NCBI GenBank assembly: GCA_977017645.1
Contig: OZ360226.1
Span: forward strand, 101,060,001-101,124,000
Direction: 5' to 3'
Length of the DNA stretch: 64,000 bases
Origin: Torpedo marmorata
Lineage: Eukaryota
The notes below the pieces were generated by a model that worked only from the letters and a program-made list of their open reading frames with translations, was not told where the DNA came from and ran no database searches. Every line of letters begins with the position of its first letter. Position 1 is the stretch's first letter. This document shows positions 45,408-60,599 of this stretch, piece after piece. Made by a program: the position numbers and the translations under genes.

Positions 45408-46561
45408 ACCTGCTTGTCATTCCCTTCCCCTCCCCCCTCACCTGTCCTTCCTGTTTTTCTCCAGCTACCTAGCCATCCCTCCTCCCCCTCTTGGCTGCTG
45501 TCCCTCCCTCCTTTCTCCACCTACTATCTCCTGCCTTTGCCACCCCTCTTCACTCTTTTGTTCGGACGCCTATCGGCATTTTCTCATACTTTGATGAAGG
45601 GCTCAAGCCCGAAACGTCGTTTATGTATTTCTACCTTTGCTACATAAAAGACACTGTTTGACCTGCTGAGTTTCTCCAGCATTTGTGTTTTTTACTTCTC
45701 GAAATGTAGCCCTGGACACACCCATGGGCGCCAGCTATGCCTGCCTGCCTTGTCAATTATGCGAAACAGTTCTTGTTCTAAACCTACTCCAGCACTACTC
45801 CCCAACTTTCTCCGCTACATCGACGACTGCATTGGTGCTGCCTCTTGTCCCTTACAGAACTCGGCAATTTTATTAACTTCACTGTCAACATCCACCCTGC
45901 CCTCAAATTTACTTGGGCTGTTTCTAACATATCACTTCGCTTTTGGACCTCTCTATCTCTATCTTAGGAGACAAATTATCTATGGACATTTATTATAAAC
46001 CCACCAACTCTCACAACTATCTGTACTACACCTCTTCCAAGGACGCTATTCCTTTCTGCCTCCACCACATCTGTTCCTGGGATGAGGTCTTCCACTCCAG
46101 GACAGCCGACATATCCTGTTCAAGAATCGTATTTTCCTCCGTTGCAATTGATTACCTACATCTCCTGCACTTCTGTTCTTGCTTTGTGAGGCATAACTAC
46201 TTTTTAACAATAAATTGGAGATTACATGGTGTTTGTAAAGCAACACCTGCATAAAACGGCACCATTTTGGGCTTATGAAAGATACAAAACATCTAGGAAA
46301 TGATATTTGTTGATCAAGGTGGCAGAAATGGAAATGAGTGATTAGAGTGATGTTGGTTGAAGGGTTAAAATTGAATGGGTCAAGTGTTCTTCAAATAGTG
46401 TCTTGGGATCTTTTGCTTCTCCTCAAAGGTAAATAAAACTTTAATTTGATGTCTGTCAGAAATATGGGATCTCAAATAGTGTCGAACTCCCTCAGTGCTG
46501 CATTGAAGTGTCACTTGGATTTTGATTCAAGATTTCAAGATAACAGTGCTGTCCACTAAAC

Positions 46562-46765
46562 CAGTCATTCTCAACAGGGGCCATAGCATATCTAAAGGAG
46601 GGCCACGGACTGAAATCATGAATTTTTTTTTTTTTTTAACGTAGTCGGTAGAAGTATGGAAGAAACCAACTAAACGTGACTTTTTTTTTTAACAGGGAAG
46701 GGGGCCCATAAGCTTTGAGCAGAGTCTTAATGGGGCCATGGCGTAAAAAAGGTCGAAATTGGCTG
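46562..46765. mobile_element. hAT MITE
   Basis: CAG...CTG ends; perfect 8-bp TSD CACTAAAC at 46554-46561 and 46766-46773; related inverted copy at about 56289-56428. Confidence 0.85.
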
Positions 46766-47977
46766 CACTAAACTACAGCTGACCAAAAGATACCAAGGGT
46801 GGATGTTGACTGTGAAGTTAATAATCTTGTCAAATGCTGAACAGTTCATCTCCATTTGATCTTGCATCACTTCTCCTCGCTGATTAATGGGCAGTTTGGA
46901 GGGTTCAATGTTTCAAATTCCTGTCTCTATTAGCAACACCAAGGAAGTTTAATATCAATGCACTTGTCTAGTCAAACAAGGGTTAGTTTGAACACAGCTT
47001 TGTGACATTTATCAAGTCTAAATTGGTTGCAGACTGCCAAAAATGTCTGGAAATATTCAGCATCTGTGGAACAGTTAACATTTCAGTTGATCTTTCAGCG
47101 GGTCATCAATCTGAATCATTAATTCTGTTTCAGTCCTTGAGTTTGAGTATTTTCCATATTTTTGTTTGCTTTACCAGTATCAGCAGTTTTTATTTCTCAA
47201 TTACAGAAAAGTCTTCCCAGAATATGGCAATAATACTTAGAGTTTACAGACTTGAAATGGACATGCCAGTTATATATTTTTTTATTTAGACATACAGCAC
47301 GGTAACAGGGCAATGAACCCGTGATGGCCAATTTTTAAAGCAGAGCTTTCGTGACAATGCCTTTTTAAAACAACATCTGCTCTCATCTGAGTAATGTCAC
47401 AGACAATCTGGTAGTGATACTTTGAGCATTGCATATTGAGTTTGTTCAATAAAACACCTGTTTATTCATTGTGATTACTGGAAAATTGAAATTAATCAGA
47501 TGAACTACCTTCCACAAAAGCTATGTATGCAAGTAGAAAATGCTAGAAATAGCAGGTCAGGCAGCATCTGTGGAGTTTGAAATAGTTAACATATGAAGTT
47601 GATGGCTTGAGCATTTTGGATGGAAGGTCATTGAAATTAAACATTTAATCCTATTTTTTGCTTCCCCTTTTACCTGAACAATTTTAAAGTTTACTTTGGG
47701 GATCTTACTCTAATCTTTTCCATTTACCGGGACTGCTCGTCGGTCCTACAGAATCATAATTTGTCATGAAATTCCCTGAGATTACCGTAATTGGTATTTC
47801 ATACACATCATGCAAGAGCATATAGGATGTAAAATATTTGTACATTGGTTGTGGTAAACACCAACGATAAGATAGCCCTTCTGAAGTAAAGATGTAAAAT
47901 TAACCTGATCAATTTCTGATGAAGCAAGATTACAGCTGTGACTTCCTGAACCGCTAATCTGTTCATAACTTAAATAA

Positions 47978-48229
<252 letters not shown>

Positions 48230-49077
48230 TAAGTGCTTGTCTCTCCATTCTTCATAATGTTGCAGAAACTCTGACCCACTGAGTGAATGGACAGGTGATG
48301 CTTTCCTAATCGTGATTCATGTGTTAACTGTAAATCTGCAGCGCACTGTAGAATTATAACAAGGTCGTAAGAGTGGAATGTACCTACAAAAGGAGATTGT
48401 GGTGCTGTGGATTGTTTTTATCTGGTGGGAAATTGACTCAGAATTTTGTGGAGTTTTCTTCCCTTCAATTTTGAGATGTACTTTGTTTCTCTTCCTGGAG
48501 TGTTTGTGCGATTGACTTCAAAATGGTGAATGCAAACTGGTACAGTAATTGGAAGTGGCTGGGTGTTTTGATTGTACTGTTACTTGCCAGGAGATGGAGC
48601 ATGTCACAGTGCACAAGGTTAAAAAGCACCCAGTATTAAAGAGGAAGAAGAACAGTGTGGCTCTTGAGGATATTTTGTCATTTAACACTGAAATACCATT
48701 TACGTATCAGACTTTTGCCAACACTAAGGGGTATTTTCTTTAAATTTGTTATTGCTATAGATTCAGCTTGCAAAGAGCTGGGTTTGCTTTGTGATTACTG
48801 ATAATTCCACGGCTGTTTGTCTGCCATTGGCAAAGTCTCTGAGTTTGAGTTGCATATGCAATAGACGCAATGACACTTGGGCACAACGTCACCAATTAAA
48901 TCAGGAGCTGGAGAGCATGGGGCTAACATAAGTGATTTTTTTTATATATAGTAACAGTTATGTTTGACTTTTATATTTTGAGGGGTTGAATGCAAATGAT
49001 CAAAATCCTAACATATCTTGTGTATTTTTCTGTTGGGCTAATGTAGGGTCATTTGTTGTACTAGGTGTTTGGCAGTA

Positions 49078-49296
49078 CAGGTATTCCTCAACTTAAGTCC
49101 GTGTTCCGTTCTGACCGATTGGACGTACGTTGGAAATTCACTGTATCCGTGTTATCGTTCATCAAATACAACATGGCGGCCAGCTCTCGCGAGAGGTTGG
49201 CCACCCCTGCCATATCACCCGTAAAAGCGTAATTTTTGTATTTTTTCTTTATTTAAAAAAAAATTCGGTCACATAGGTTGTAAGTCGGGGAATACG
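49078..49296. mobile_element. Short relative of the 34796 Tigger-type MITE
   Basis: TA-CAGGTATTCCTCAACTTA...TAAGTCGGGGAATAC; shared internal CTGTATCC.TGTTAT.GTT..TCAAATACAACAT. Confidence 0.75.
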
Positions 49297-49544
49297 TATA
49301 GTTGTCCAAGCCCATTTGAATGTTTATTGGGATAACTGATGCTGAACCAGTGAAAACTTTTGCCATGAAAGACTTACAAAACTTGTAACATTTCTATTTC
49401 TAAAATAATTTTAGTTTGGATAAATTGTTTCAAATAAAACATATCAAAATTGTATTGTAAGACAATTTTTTACATTTGTTAAATATTGAGTTTGCTCAAA
49501 ACCAATTTCTAATCTATTTTTGTCTCCTCTCAAATAATTTAACT

Positions 49545-50720
49545 CATGGCAAGATAGTAATTTGATTCTGGCAGAGTGGGAATAAATGGGGCCTTTTCTG
49601 GCTGGCTGCCAGTGATGTTCCGCAGAGGTCGGTGTTGGGTCTGCTACTTTTCATGTTGTATGTAAATGATTTGGATAACAGAGAGGGTTTTTGTGGCCAA
49701 GTTTGCATATGATACGAAGTGGAGGAGCGGGTAGTGTTGAGGGAGTCTGCAGAGGGACTTGGATAGGTTGGGAGAATGGGCAAAGAAGTGGCAGATGGGA
49801 AGTGTATGGTAAAGCACTTTGATAAAGGGAATTAAAGAAGTACACTTAAATGGGAAGAGAAAGCAGAGGTCCAAAGGGACTTGCGAGTCCTAGTGCAGGA
49901 TACCCTAAAGGTTAACTTGCAGGTTAAGGAAAGCAAATGCAATGTTAGCAATCATTTCAAGAGGACTAGAATATAAAAGCAAGAATGTTAATGCTAAGGC
50001 TTTGGTCAGACCACATTTGGAGTGTTGTGAGCAGTTAAGGGCCTCGTATCTAAAGAAGGATGTGCTGGCATTACAGAGGGTCCAGAGGAGGTTTACAAAA
50101 ATAATTTCTGGGATGAGCGGGTTAACATGTGAGGAGTGTTTGATGGTTCTGGGCCTGCACTCACTGGAGTTTAGAAGGATGAGAGATTTTCATTGAAACC
50201 TACTGAATATTGAAAGGGCTGATTGAGTGGACATGGAGATGTTTCCACTAGTGGCACAGCCTCAGAATAAAAGGATGTCCCTTTAGAGCAGATGAGAAAT
50301 TTCTTCAGCAAAGGGTGGTGAATCTGTGGAAGCCAAGTCATTGGCTATACACTATTTAAAATGGAGGTTGAATAATAAGGGCATCAAATGTTATGGGGTG
50401 TAAAGGTAAAGGTTTCATTATTGTCACATAATACTACATACATGAAATTTTTGTCTACCATAAGGCAGACAGAGGGTCGCTACTTTGTCCAGCGCCCCTG
50501 ACAGAAACCTACAGCACCTGGTGTTCCTTGGCGGTCTCCCCTCCAAGTACTGACCAGTCCTGTGCCTGCTTAGCTTCCGAGATCAGACAATCCCAGTCGT
50601 ATTCAGGCTATTGGTGTAGGAAGGAGAATGGCATAGAGAGGAAAATGACATCAGCCATGATTCGAATGGCAGAGCAGATTCAATGGGCTGAATGGCCTAA
50701 TTCACCTTCATTGACTTGTG
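49545..50720 (+). mobile_element. Old CR1 LINE fragment interrupted by a 5S-derived SINE
   Basis: ISRGLEYKS..ALVRPHLE..RVQRRFT..LEFRRMR. Confidence 0.85.
50401..50620 (-). mobile_element. 5S rRNA-derived SINE (SINE3-like)
   Basis: Minus strand GTCTGATCTCGGAAGCTAAGCAGG..AGTACTTGGAGGGGAGACCGCC..GGTGCTGTAGG is 5S-like, followed by an about 105-nt non-5S tail ending (ACCTTT)n. Confidence 0.85.
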
Positions 50721-50764
50721 GTGGTATTATTTTCTGGTATGGGCTCTCAAAGTGTTTATTTCAT

Positions 50765-50968
50765 TAAATTGAGAGATGCAGCACAGTAACAAGCCCTTTC
50801 GGCCCACGTGACTAATTAACCCATACATCTTTGGAATGTGGGAAGAAACCAGAGCGCCCGGATGAAACCCATGCGATCACAGGGAGAGCTTAAACACTTT
50901 ACAGACAACGGTATATTCGAGCCCAGGTCATGTGTCGTAATAGCATTGCGCTAACTGCTATGCTGACT
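50765..50968 (-). mobile_element. V-SINE-like copy (antisense relative of 10564-10825)
   Basis: Reverse-complement similarity to SINE head, core and tail. Confidence 0.65.
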
Positions 50969-51230
50969 GTAGCTTTTAATTGCCAGCAGTAACAGGTACA
51001 TGGTTCCAGTAGAGATTCCTGGATAACTCGCAGGAACCCCAACTCTTACATCACTGTCCAAATGTGTAGGGTCTCTTGCCCCAACTGAGATTGACTAGCT
51101 CAGCACAAACTAGAGATCTGTTGTATCAGCTCCTCATTCTGTAAACACTCACCCACAAAAATCTATTGTTAAAACTGGGAAAACTCTCAAATCATTCAAG
51201 AACTTGAGCCATTTGACAGTAATCTTGTCT

Positions 51231-53440
<2,210 letters not shown>

Positions 53441-53756
53441 TGAAAACATTAGCTCCTGGCAAGGCAATATTTGATAAGCCTTATTGTCCAGTTCCCAAGT
53501 GTAGATTATTCATTTGTTATCTTAACAAGGTGTCAGCAGTGGATGCCATGGCTATACAAATGTGCTGAGTCCAGTTGACCCAGATTGGCTAAATCAGCAT
53601 AATCTGATCACTGGCTTGCCTGTATATTAACTGAATGGAAAAATGGGAAATTGTTTCCATGAGGGTGCAAAATGCAACTCTTCCTAACAGTGAAGAGGAC
53701 AATTGAGGGAGGCCACTAATCCTGCTCAAAGCAGCGCATTAAATGGTATGACGTAG

Positions 53757-54017
<261 letters not shown>

Positions 54018-54424
54018 ATAATCAACTGGCTGATACGCTGTATTAGAATAATGGGAAATGTTAGCAATGAAATATTTAAACTGCTGTGATTATTGTTTCT
54101 AAATGAATACAGTGCATGATTTGTTAGTTGAGGGTTTTACTGATGTTGCCATCAAACACTACCAGTAATAAATATCTGGAAAGGATTTAGTGGTTAGAAA
54201 CTAGTTAAATCGTTTAGTTGCAAAGATTTTTTGAGAAATTTAAAAATGTAATCAGACTATGACTTCTTTGTAATGCTATTGTTACAAGGAGATTAACATT
54301 TTTTTCAAATCTATATATTTTACTACACTAGCCCACATTTGTAGTTTATTGGTGCTGTACTAAACGATGCCCACCCAACAATTTTCTAGTGCTATATACT
54401 AAGTTTTCCACTGTTTATAGTTGC

Positions 54425-54430
54425 AATAAA
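54425..54430 (+). terminator. Candidate CYFIP1 polyadenylation signal (another AATAAA at 54167-54172)
   Basis: AATAAA about 410 nt after the stop with T-rich sequence downstream. Confidence 0.5.
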
Positions 54431-55570
54431 TTTAAAATGAAACCTGAGATTTTTTTAAAATGTTTACCAGTTTGTATGGAAGAAATAAGTATTTCAGCAT
54501 CTATTTTTACGACTCCTATTTCTCCCTCTTTTTGTTTAAACTGCATATAATTCAGCAATATCTCAGTAGCATCAGAGGGGATAGGTTTGTTCTGATTGAC
54601 AATTAAATAACCCTTTTTTTGGAATAAACAAGAAAATCTGCAGATGCTGGGAAACTGGATGTGAAGATACTGCACGAGGACAGGTTTCTGCTTGGCTCTG
54701 ACTTACCCCTTATCACCAAATGAATGTCGACAGACTAACCCGAAAAATAGAATTGTCAGTGGAATGTGGGTCTAAAGGTCCTTGATGTAAATCTGCTCCT
54801 TTAATGGACTGATGGGGGATTCAATATAATACAGGTTAAAGTTTTGCATCCTTTATAGCTACAAATTTTTAAAATCTATAACAATTGAGAGACAAAGACA
54901 GCAGATGCTGAATCTGGACTTGATGAGTTCCTGCAGCAGATTGTTTTTTAACAATCATTTTGAAATGTCCCTGTGGGTTAAAGGTTCTCGTGATTTACCA
55001 TGTGAATTTTAAATTCTCTCATGCCTTGTGAAAATAGAGAAGGAATAAAATTTGAGTAAGGCTTCTATTTATAGTTCCTTCACCTAAGCATTTTTATTTC
55101 CCCAACAATTCAATACTTTGAAATGTCACTGGACCTTTCACATTCTACTTGAGCCACCAATACCTGTGTGTTAGAATTTCTCAAACATCCAAGAACTAAT
55201 TTGTTCCCTGCTCTGCTCTATTTGACTAGACTTAAATTCTGGTATTTTCACTATAAATATCAGGCCTCGAGTCAGGGCACTTGTTTTTTTGGCAAACAAA
55301 ATAAAGGCAGTTTTGCAATGTAATGCAAATTACATAGTACTTAATTCTCAAGGGTAAGCAGAAATTAAACACTTTCAAGTTGCATCTACTTAAGGAATAA
55401 TTATCTCCAGTTACTCAATGAAAAATTGAGAAACCATGCACTATTTACTGACCAAAGCAAAATAGTTACTTCAGCATTAGACACCCAAAGGCAGTTCCAA
55501 ACAGTGCTGTAACAATCTCATTAGCAAACGCTTAGAAACATTTTGATGCTGTTTGTGAGGGTTAGAATTA

Positions 55571-56148
55571 CCGTATATTTCAGCGTATAAGTCGACCCCC
55601 AATTTTCAGGCTGTCCGGGCCTCCCAGCAACAACCCAAAATTTGTTACAACACCCCAATTGCCAAGTAACAAAGTAAAAAAAAAACCTTTGCTTCTGGCC
55701 GGGAAGATGCCAAACGGAGCTGGGTCCAAGTCTTCAGCTTCGGCTGCAGCGAGTCGGCGACTCCATTCTCCACATCGGGTGCGGTGCTGTCCTCATCTAA
55801 GAAGTCGCCTCGCTGCACAAGTGTGCTCGGTGCAGGAACCAAGCAGAACGTGTCGGCTCCCGGGCAGGTGCGGCGACCTTGTTCTCCTGAGCAGGTGCGG
55901 TGACTCGTTCTCCCGGGCAGGAGCAGGGACCTCGGGCTCTACAATTGTAGAATGTCTGGGTGGTTTATGGCGGCGGTGGGGAGGTGTCGGGGAGCGGCGG
56001 GGAGGTGCTTCCAGCGTCGACCTATACGCCAAATCGGCGTGGAGTGGTTTTTAAGCTGATTTTAAGGTCTCAAAAGTATATCTGGCGTATAAGTCAACCC
56101 CCGATTTTTGAGGGTTTCAAGACTCGACTTATACGCCGAAATATACGG
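55571..56148. mobile_element. pogo/Tc2-type MITE with GC-rich interior
   Basis: 25-bp TIR CCGTATATTTC(A/G)GCGTATAAGTCGA, TA TSD. Confidence 0.9.
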
Positions 56149-56644
56149 TAATTTTATTTTAGAACTGGCATCAATTGAATCAAAAACACAAACTGCTGGA
56201 GGAACTCAGTGAAAAGAAAAAGAATGGTCAAGATTGGAAATGCAGAGCACTGCATGGTTTTTGAGCACCAGGTGGCCATAGTTTAGAACATCCATTCTCA
56301 ACCTATTTTTGGCTATGGGCCCCCTTCTCTGTGAAGCAGTCAAGTTTAGTTGGTTTCTTCCGTACTTCTCTCCTACCAACTACACAAAAATTATGATTTT
56401 AGTCCGTGGACCCCATTGAAAATGGCTGATTTAAAACAGCACAGTACAGGCCCATGATGATGTCACCTATGTAAATCAATTCCACATGTGAGTTTGTGAG
56501 TTCACCATGATTGGAATTACATGGGATGGAAAACCTCTTATTCCAGCCCAGGTATCAGTTGAGCAATCATCAACTGCTTCCACAGCATACTACACAGGGC
56601 AGTTACCTATGAAAAATCTTATGGGGTGGTACACGGGAGGTAAC

Positions 56645-56920
56645 AGGAGATAAACAATAAAATCTGCACATGCTAGAGTTTATTGCAGTACTGAAGTGCT
56701 GGAGAAACAGGTTACGCAGCGTCCATTTGAAGTAAAAGGCAGATGATGTTTCGGGCCTGAGCACCTGAATAAAAAGGTGGGGGAAAAGAGATCGAGGAGG
56801 AGCACAGGCTAAGTGGTAATATACAGGTGGGAGGATAAAAGAGAAAAACAGAAGCAATGGGGGAAGAGGGCAAAGAAGGATAGCTCTGATGGAAGGAAGG
56901 GAGGAGGGTAGGAAGCTGGA
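56645..56920 (-). mobile_element. Penelope pLTR fragment
   Basis: GCTGGAGAAAC..GTTTCGGGCCTGAGC..AATAAAAAGGTGGGGG as at 3700-3830. Confidence 0.65.
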
Positions 56921-56999
56921 ATTGACCACTTTCAATGGGCTGAATGGTCTAGGTCATAGGAAAGATCAATACCATACCCAGTCTTCCAGATGTGAACTT

Positions 57000-57705
57000 A
57001 CTTACAGGAAGGGAAAGCCAGAGGTATACAATCCAGTGATCATTGGAGGATCGGAGGTGGAAAGTTCTTGGGAGTCACTATCTCAGAGGATCTTTCCTGG
57101 ACCCAACACACTAATGGCATCATGAAGAAAACACATCAGCACCTCTGCTTCCTCAGGAGTTTGGTATGACGGCAGAAACCCTGGCAAATTTCTTCACGTG
57201 TGGTGGAAAGTGTGCTGACTGGCTGCATCAGTCTGGTATAGGGACACCAATACCCCTAAGTGTAAAGCCCTCCAAAGGGTAGCGGACACAGCCCAGGACA
57301 TCACAGGCAAAACCCTCCACACTATCGAGAAGATCTACAGGGAACGCTGCTGTCGGAGAGCAGCAGCAATCATCAAGGATCCCCAGCACACGCTCTATTC
57401 TCGCTGCTGCCATCAGGAAAGAGGTATTGGTACCACAAGACTCGCACCACCAGGTTCAGGAACAGCTGCTACCCCTCCACCATCGACTCGAACTCAATCA
57501 GGGACTCAATTAAGGACTCTTACTTGTGCACTTTGATTTTTTTCATTCTCTATTGCACAGTTTGTTTACAGTTTATTTACACGTATACGCTGTGTAGTTT
57601 TTTTTTTTGCACTACCAATAAGTGGTAATTCTGCCTCACCCGCAGGAAAAAGAATCTCAGGGTTGTATGTGATGTCATGTATGTACTCTGACAATAAATC
57701 TGACT
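57000..57705 (+). mobile_element. Rex1/Babar LINE 3' fragment
   Basis: FLGVTISEDLSWTQH..HQHLCFLR..PSGKRY..TTRFRNS; tail GACAATAAATCTGA. Confidence 0.85.
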
Positions 57706-59051
57706 TTGCTCTATCAGTGAACATTAACTCCCCCTAGCAATAAACAGTTGTATTGTTAGCTATGCTACTTATTTGTTACACCTGCAATTTTATACTCAAA
57801 TCCTTCTGCACCTTTATCTCTGCTTTTAATCACCAAAATAGACCATTTCACATTATACTCCATTTACCTGGTTTTGCGACTTGCTCGTCCTTTTGTAGTC
57901 TGTTCTCTTTGGAATTTACTTCCCTATGCGCCGTTGTCTTCAGCAAGCAGTATCTTGAGGTTGCAGCGGTGATTCCTGTGGCACACTTCCTATTACACCT
58001 GAAACGTTTCATTTATGACTGCTTTCTGTTAGCCAACCAGTCTATCAACACCAACTTCACCTAGACTAAATTTTTATTTGCCATCACGCCTTATCAAATG
58101 TCATTGTTCCCTGGCTCCATCCAAACTGATTCTATATCAAGATTCTGCCTGCACATTTTTTTTAAATTAACAGCAAACCTGTTCTTTTTCTTACTGCCTG
58201 TGAAGTTGGTTATCTCCAAGGAAGGCTGTAATCTGCTTCCCCATCCAAGACACATCAGGAATCAACATTGTAAAATCAGAATACACTTACCAGACTGCAA
58301 TGCATTGGACTCTTGCCATTGGATCATGCAACACCTGTTGGCCTGTCAATATTTAATGTGATCACTTACACTTTGCTCTTCACTGGAAAAGGCACACCTT
58401 TGCTAGATAATACAAAATAACCACTTTGTCATAATGTTTAAAGCATCTTTTATTCGAACAATGACCATTTAAAAAAAATTAAATACTCTGAAAAATGTGG
58501 CTGTTTAAATTAGCTCAATTCTGCAATAGCAAAACTCATTTTTTCCTGCATTTGTCTTAACAATGAAGCTCAACTCAATTTTGCTGTGCAAGGAGGGGCA
58601 GTTTTGATGACTGATAAAATGATTATTGAGAGGAGCAAGTTCACAGGCTCTTCCTTGATCCATACTTTTTTTTCTAATAGACTTACCTGGAAAAATCAAA
58701 GCTGACAGTTCCTGACTGTCCCAAAGCTCAGGGGAGTAGAATCAGAAAAGATACACAGGAGTACCAAGGAATGCACCATATTGCCTAAATAAAATGGCAT
58801 TCCCAATTCTGGCCACACTTTATTTCTTTGGGTAATTCCTGCAGCATACCTGCACAAAGTGAATATTATTTTCTGGACTGACTGGAGTTAAGTTTCAGCA
58901 AGGGGTTAGACTGAACATGACGCAATAGGAGGTCAGAAATCTCTTAAAATCATAAAGCAGGATCTTTTCACTATGTTGCAAATACACCTCTATCTCATAA
59001 ATATAGTGCAGACAAAATTAAGAGAATAAAAAAATAATTGTATTTCAAATA

Positions 59052-60233
59052 CAGGTGCCTAACCTTTTATCTGCAATTCTGAAAACTCAACATTTTTTCC
59101 ATGGATGTCATCTGCTCACCAAAGCTGGAGTTTGGCGCCAAACATGACCCGATGCGACCCATACTCAACATCCCTTGTCGATCCGCATCGGTAATTAGTG
59201 GAACCTACCGAATCCTTGCTTTATAAGTGCCACCGAAAAAAAAACGGAGTCCAGCGCCTCTGAATCGCTGTATACGGACGCCCAATTCGTCGTAGACACC
59301 CGGACGTGCCCCCCCCCCCCCCACGAGCTCCGTGTCGCAGTGCTCCTACCAGGCAGACGCCTCTGCTGTTCACCGACTTTGAACACTATGAAAATGTCAA
59401 AAAGAGCTGCAGAGACCCCTATGGGTAACAGAGAAGCAGAAAAGGAAGCGTCTGTCATTATCGATAGCGCAGAAAGTTGAGTTATTGCAGAAGCTTGATC
59501 ATGGTGTATCTGTGCGGCATCTTACTGAAGATTATGGTGTGGAACCGACCATATATGACTGAAAGAAGCAGAAAGATAAGTTGTCGAAGTTTTACAGTGA
59601 AAGTGATGACCACAGACTAATGAAAAATAGGAAAACATTGCATAGGGCAAAAAACGCAGATATTGACCGTGTGCTGATTGCATGGGTTCGACAACGAAGA
59701 AGTGAACGTATGCCACTGACTGGTTTGATTGTCATGAAACAAGCTAGAAAATTCCATGAAGAACTGAACCTTGAAGGAGAGTGTGAATATTCACAAGGTT
59801 GGCTGCAGAAATTTTGCTTAGACAGAAACCTCTTTTAATGAAACAGTTAACACTGGAAGAAGTCTTTAAAAAGACTCCAACCTGAAGACGATGATCGCCA
59901 CAACAATGATGACGACATTGTTGTAATCTTTTACTGCATGTACAGTATATTTTCAGGTGTTTAGCTTAGTTTGAGCCAGTTTATGTTAGAAGTTTTACTT
60001 AAACATAAAAAGTGCTCTAGTGATTTTATGGTTATCTTTATCTCCCACTGTCCAGCGCCGCCGCAACTCCCCCCCCACCCCTGTCTAGTTGGAGTGTGTC
60101 TTTGTTTTGCGTGAATCTGAAACGGCGCAATCACTTAAAATTACCGCCGTTTTATTATTATTCCGTTATCCGAAAAATTCCAAAATCTGAAAAGTCTGGT
60201 CCCAAGGATTTCGGATAAAAGATTAGGCACCTG
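59052..60233 (+). mobile_element. Internally deleted Tigger element with JRK/TIGD-like transposase remnant (HTH-psq + CENP-B HTH)
   Basis: TIR CAGGTGCCTAA(C/T)CTTTTATC, TA TSD; KRLSLSIAQKVELLQKLDHG..RKTLHRAKNADIDRVLIAW..SQGWLQKF; no DDE domain. Confidence 0.92.
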
Positions 60234-60599
60234 TATTTAAAATTAGGATTTTTAGTGTTTTCAAAAAATAATAAATCAGAAAATGTACACTTGGTGATAT
60301 TTTTCCAATACAGTAGTAACTTAATCCATGTAAACCAGAATGCATCATTTGAAATGTTTATTTTAAAAAATGAGCCATGAAAATTAAGGCAAATAAAAAG
60401 GTAAATACAATAACCCTTTGTCTATTCCAATCACACCGGAGGTAAACTGATTGTCCAGAGTGACTCTCCTTTACAACAAATGAAGTCACCAACACACATA
60501 ACCTTTTCACAAGCAGCTCAATTCTGGTGACATGACAGTGCGGTTACTATAGGCCAGGCAGTGCATTTCCTTTATCCTTTACATTTTAATATCCGACTC

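Larger units (their letters stand above)
41686..45697 (+). mobile_element. Near full-length Penelope-like element (Neptune type) with direct pLTRs
   Basis: 5' pLTR about 41686-41908, 3' pLTR 45408-45697; ATG 41944; frameshifted N-terminal region; 57-bp repeats; RT, Cys-rich linker and GIY-YIG. Confidence 0.95.
41545..46170 (+). mobile_element. Old Penelope RT fragment split in two (41545-41685 and 45698-46170) by a younger Penelope
   Basis: Left: LIFT.NVQSLFTS..STNTLLRLAELVL; right: VALDTPMGASYACL..FLRYIDDCIG..DIYYKPTNSHNYL. Confidence 0.8.

Noticed and set aside
46340-46550. Possible ancient Deu-type SINE remnants (also about 23470-23650)
   Set aside because: Too degenerate to assign by eye; needs a profile search
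50505-50620. Functional 5S rRNA gene
   Set aside because: 5' portion diverged, solitary, fused to a retroposon-like tail and inserted in a CR1
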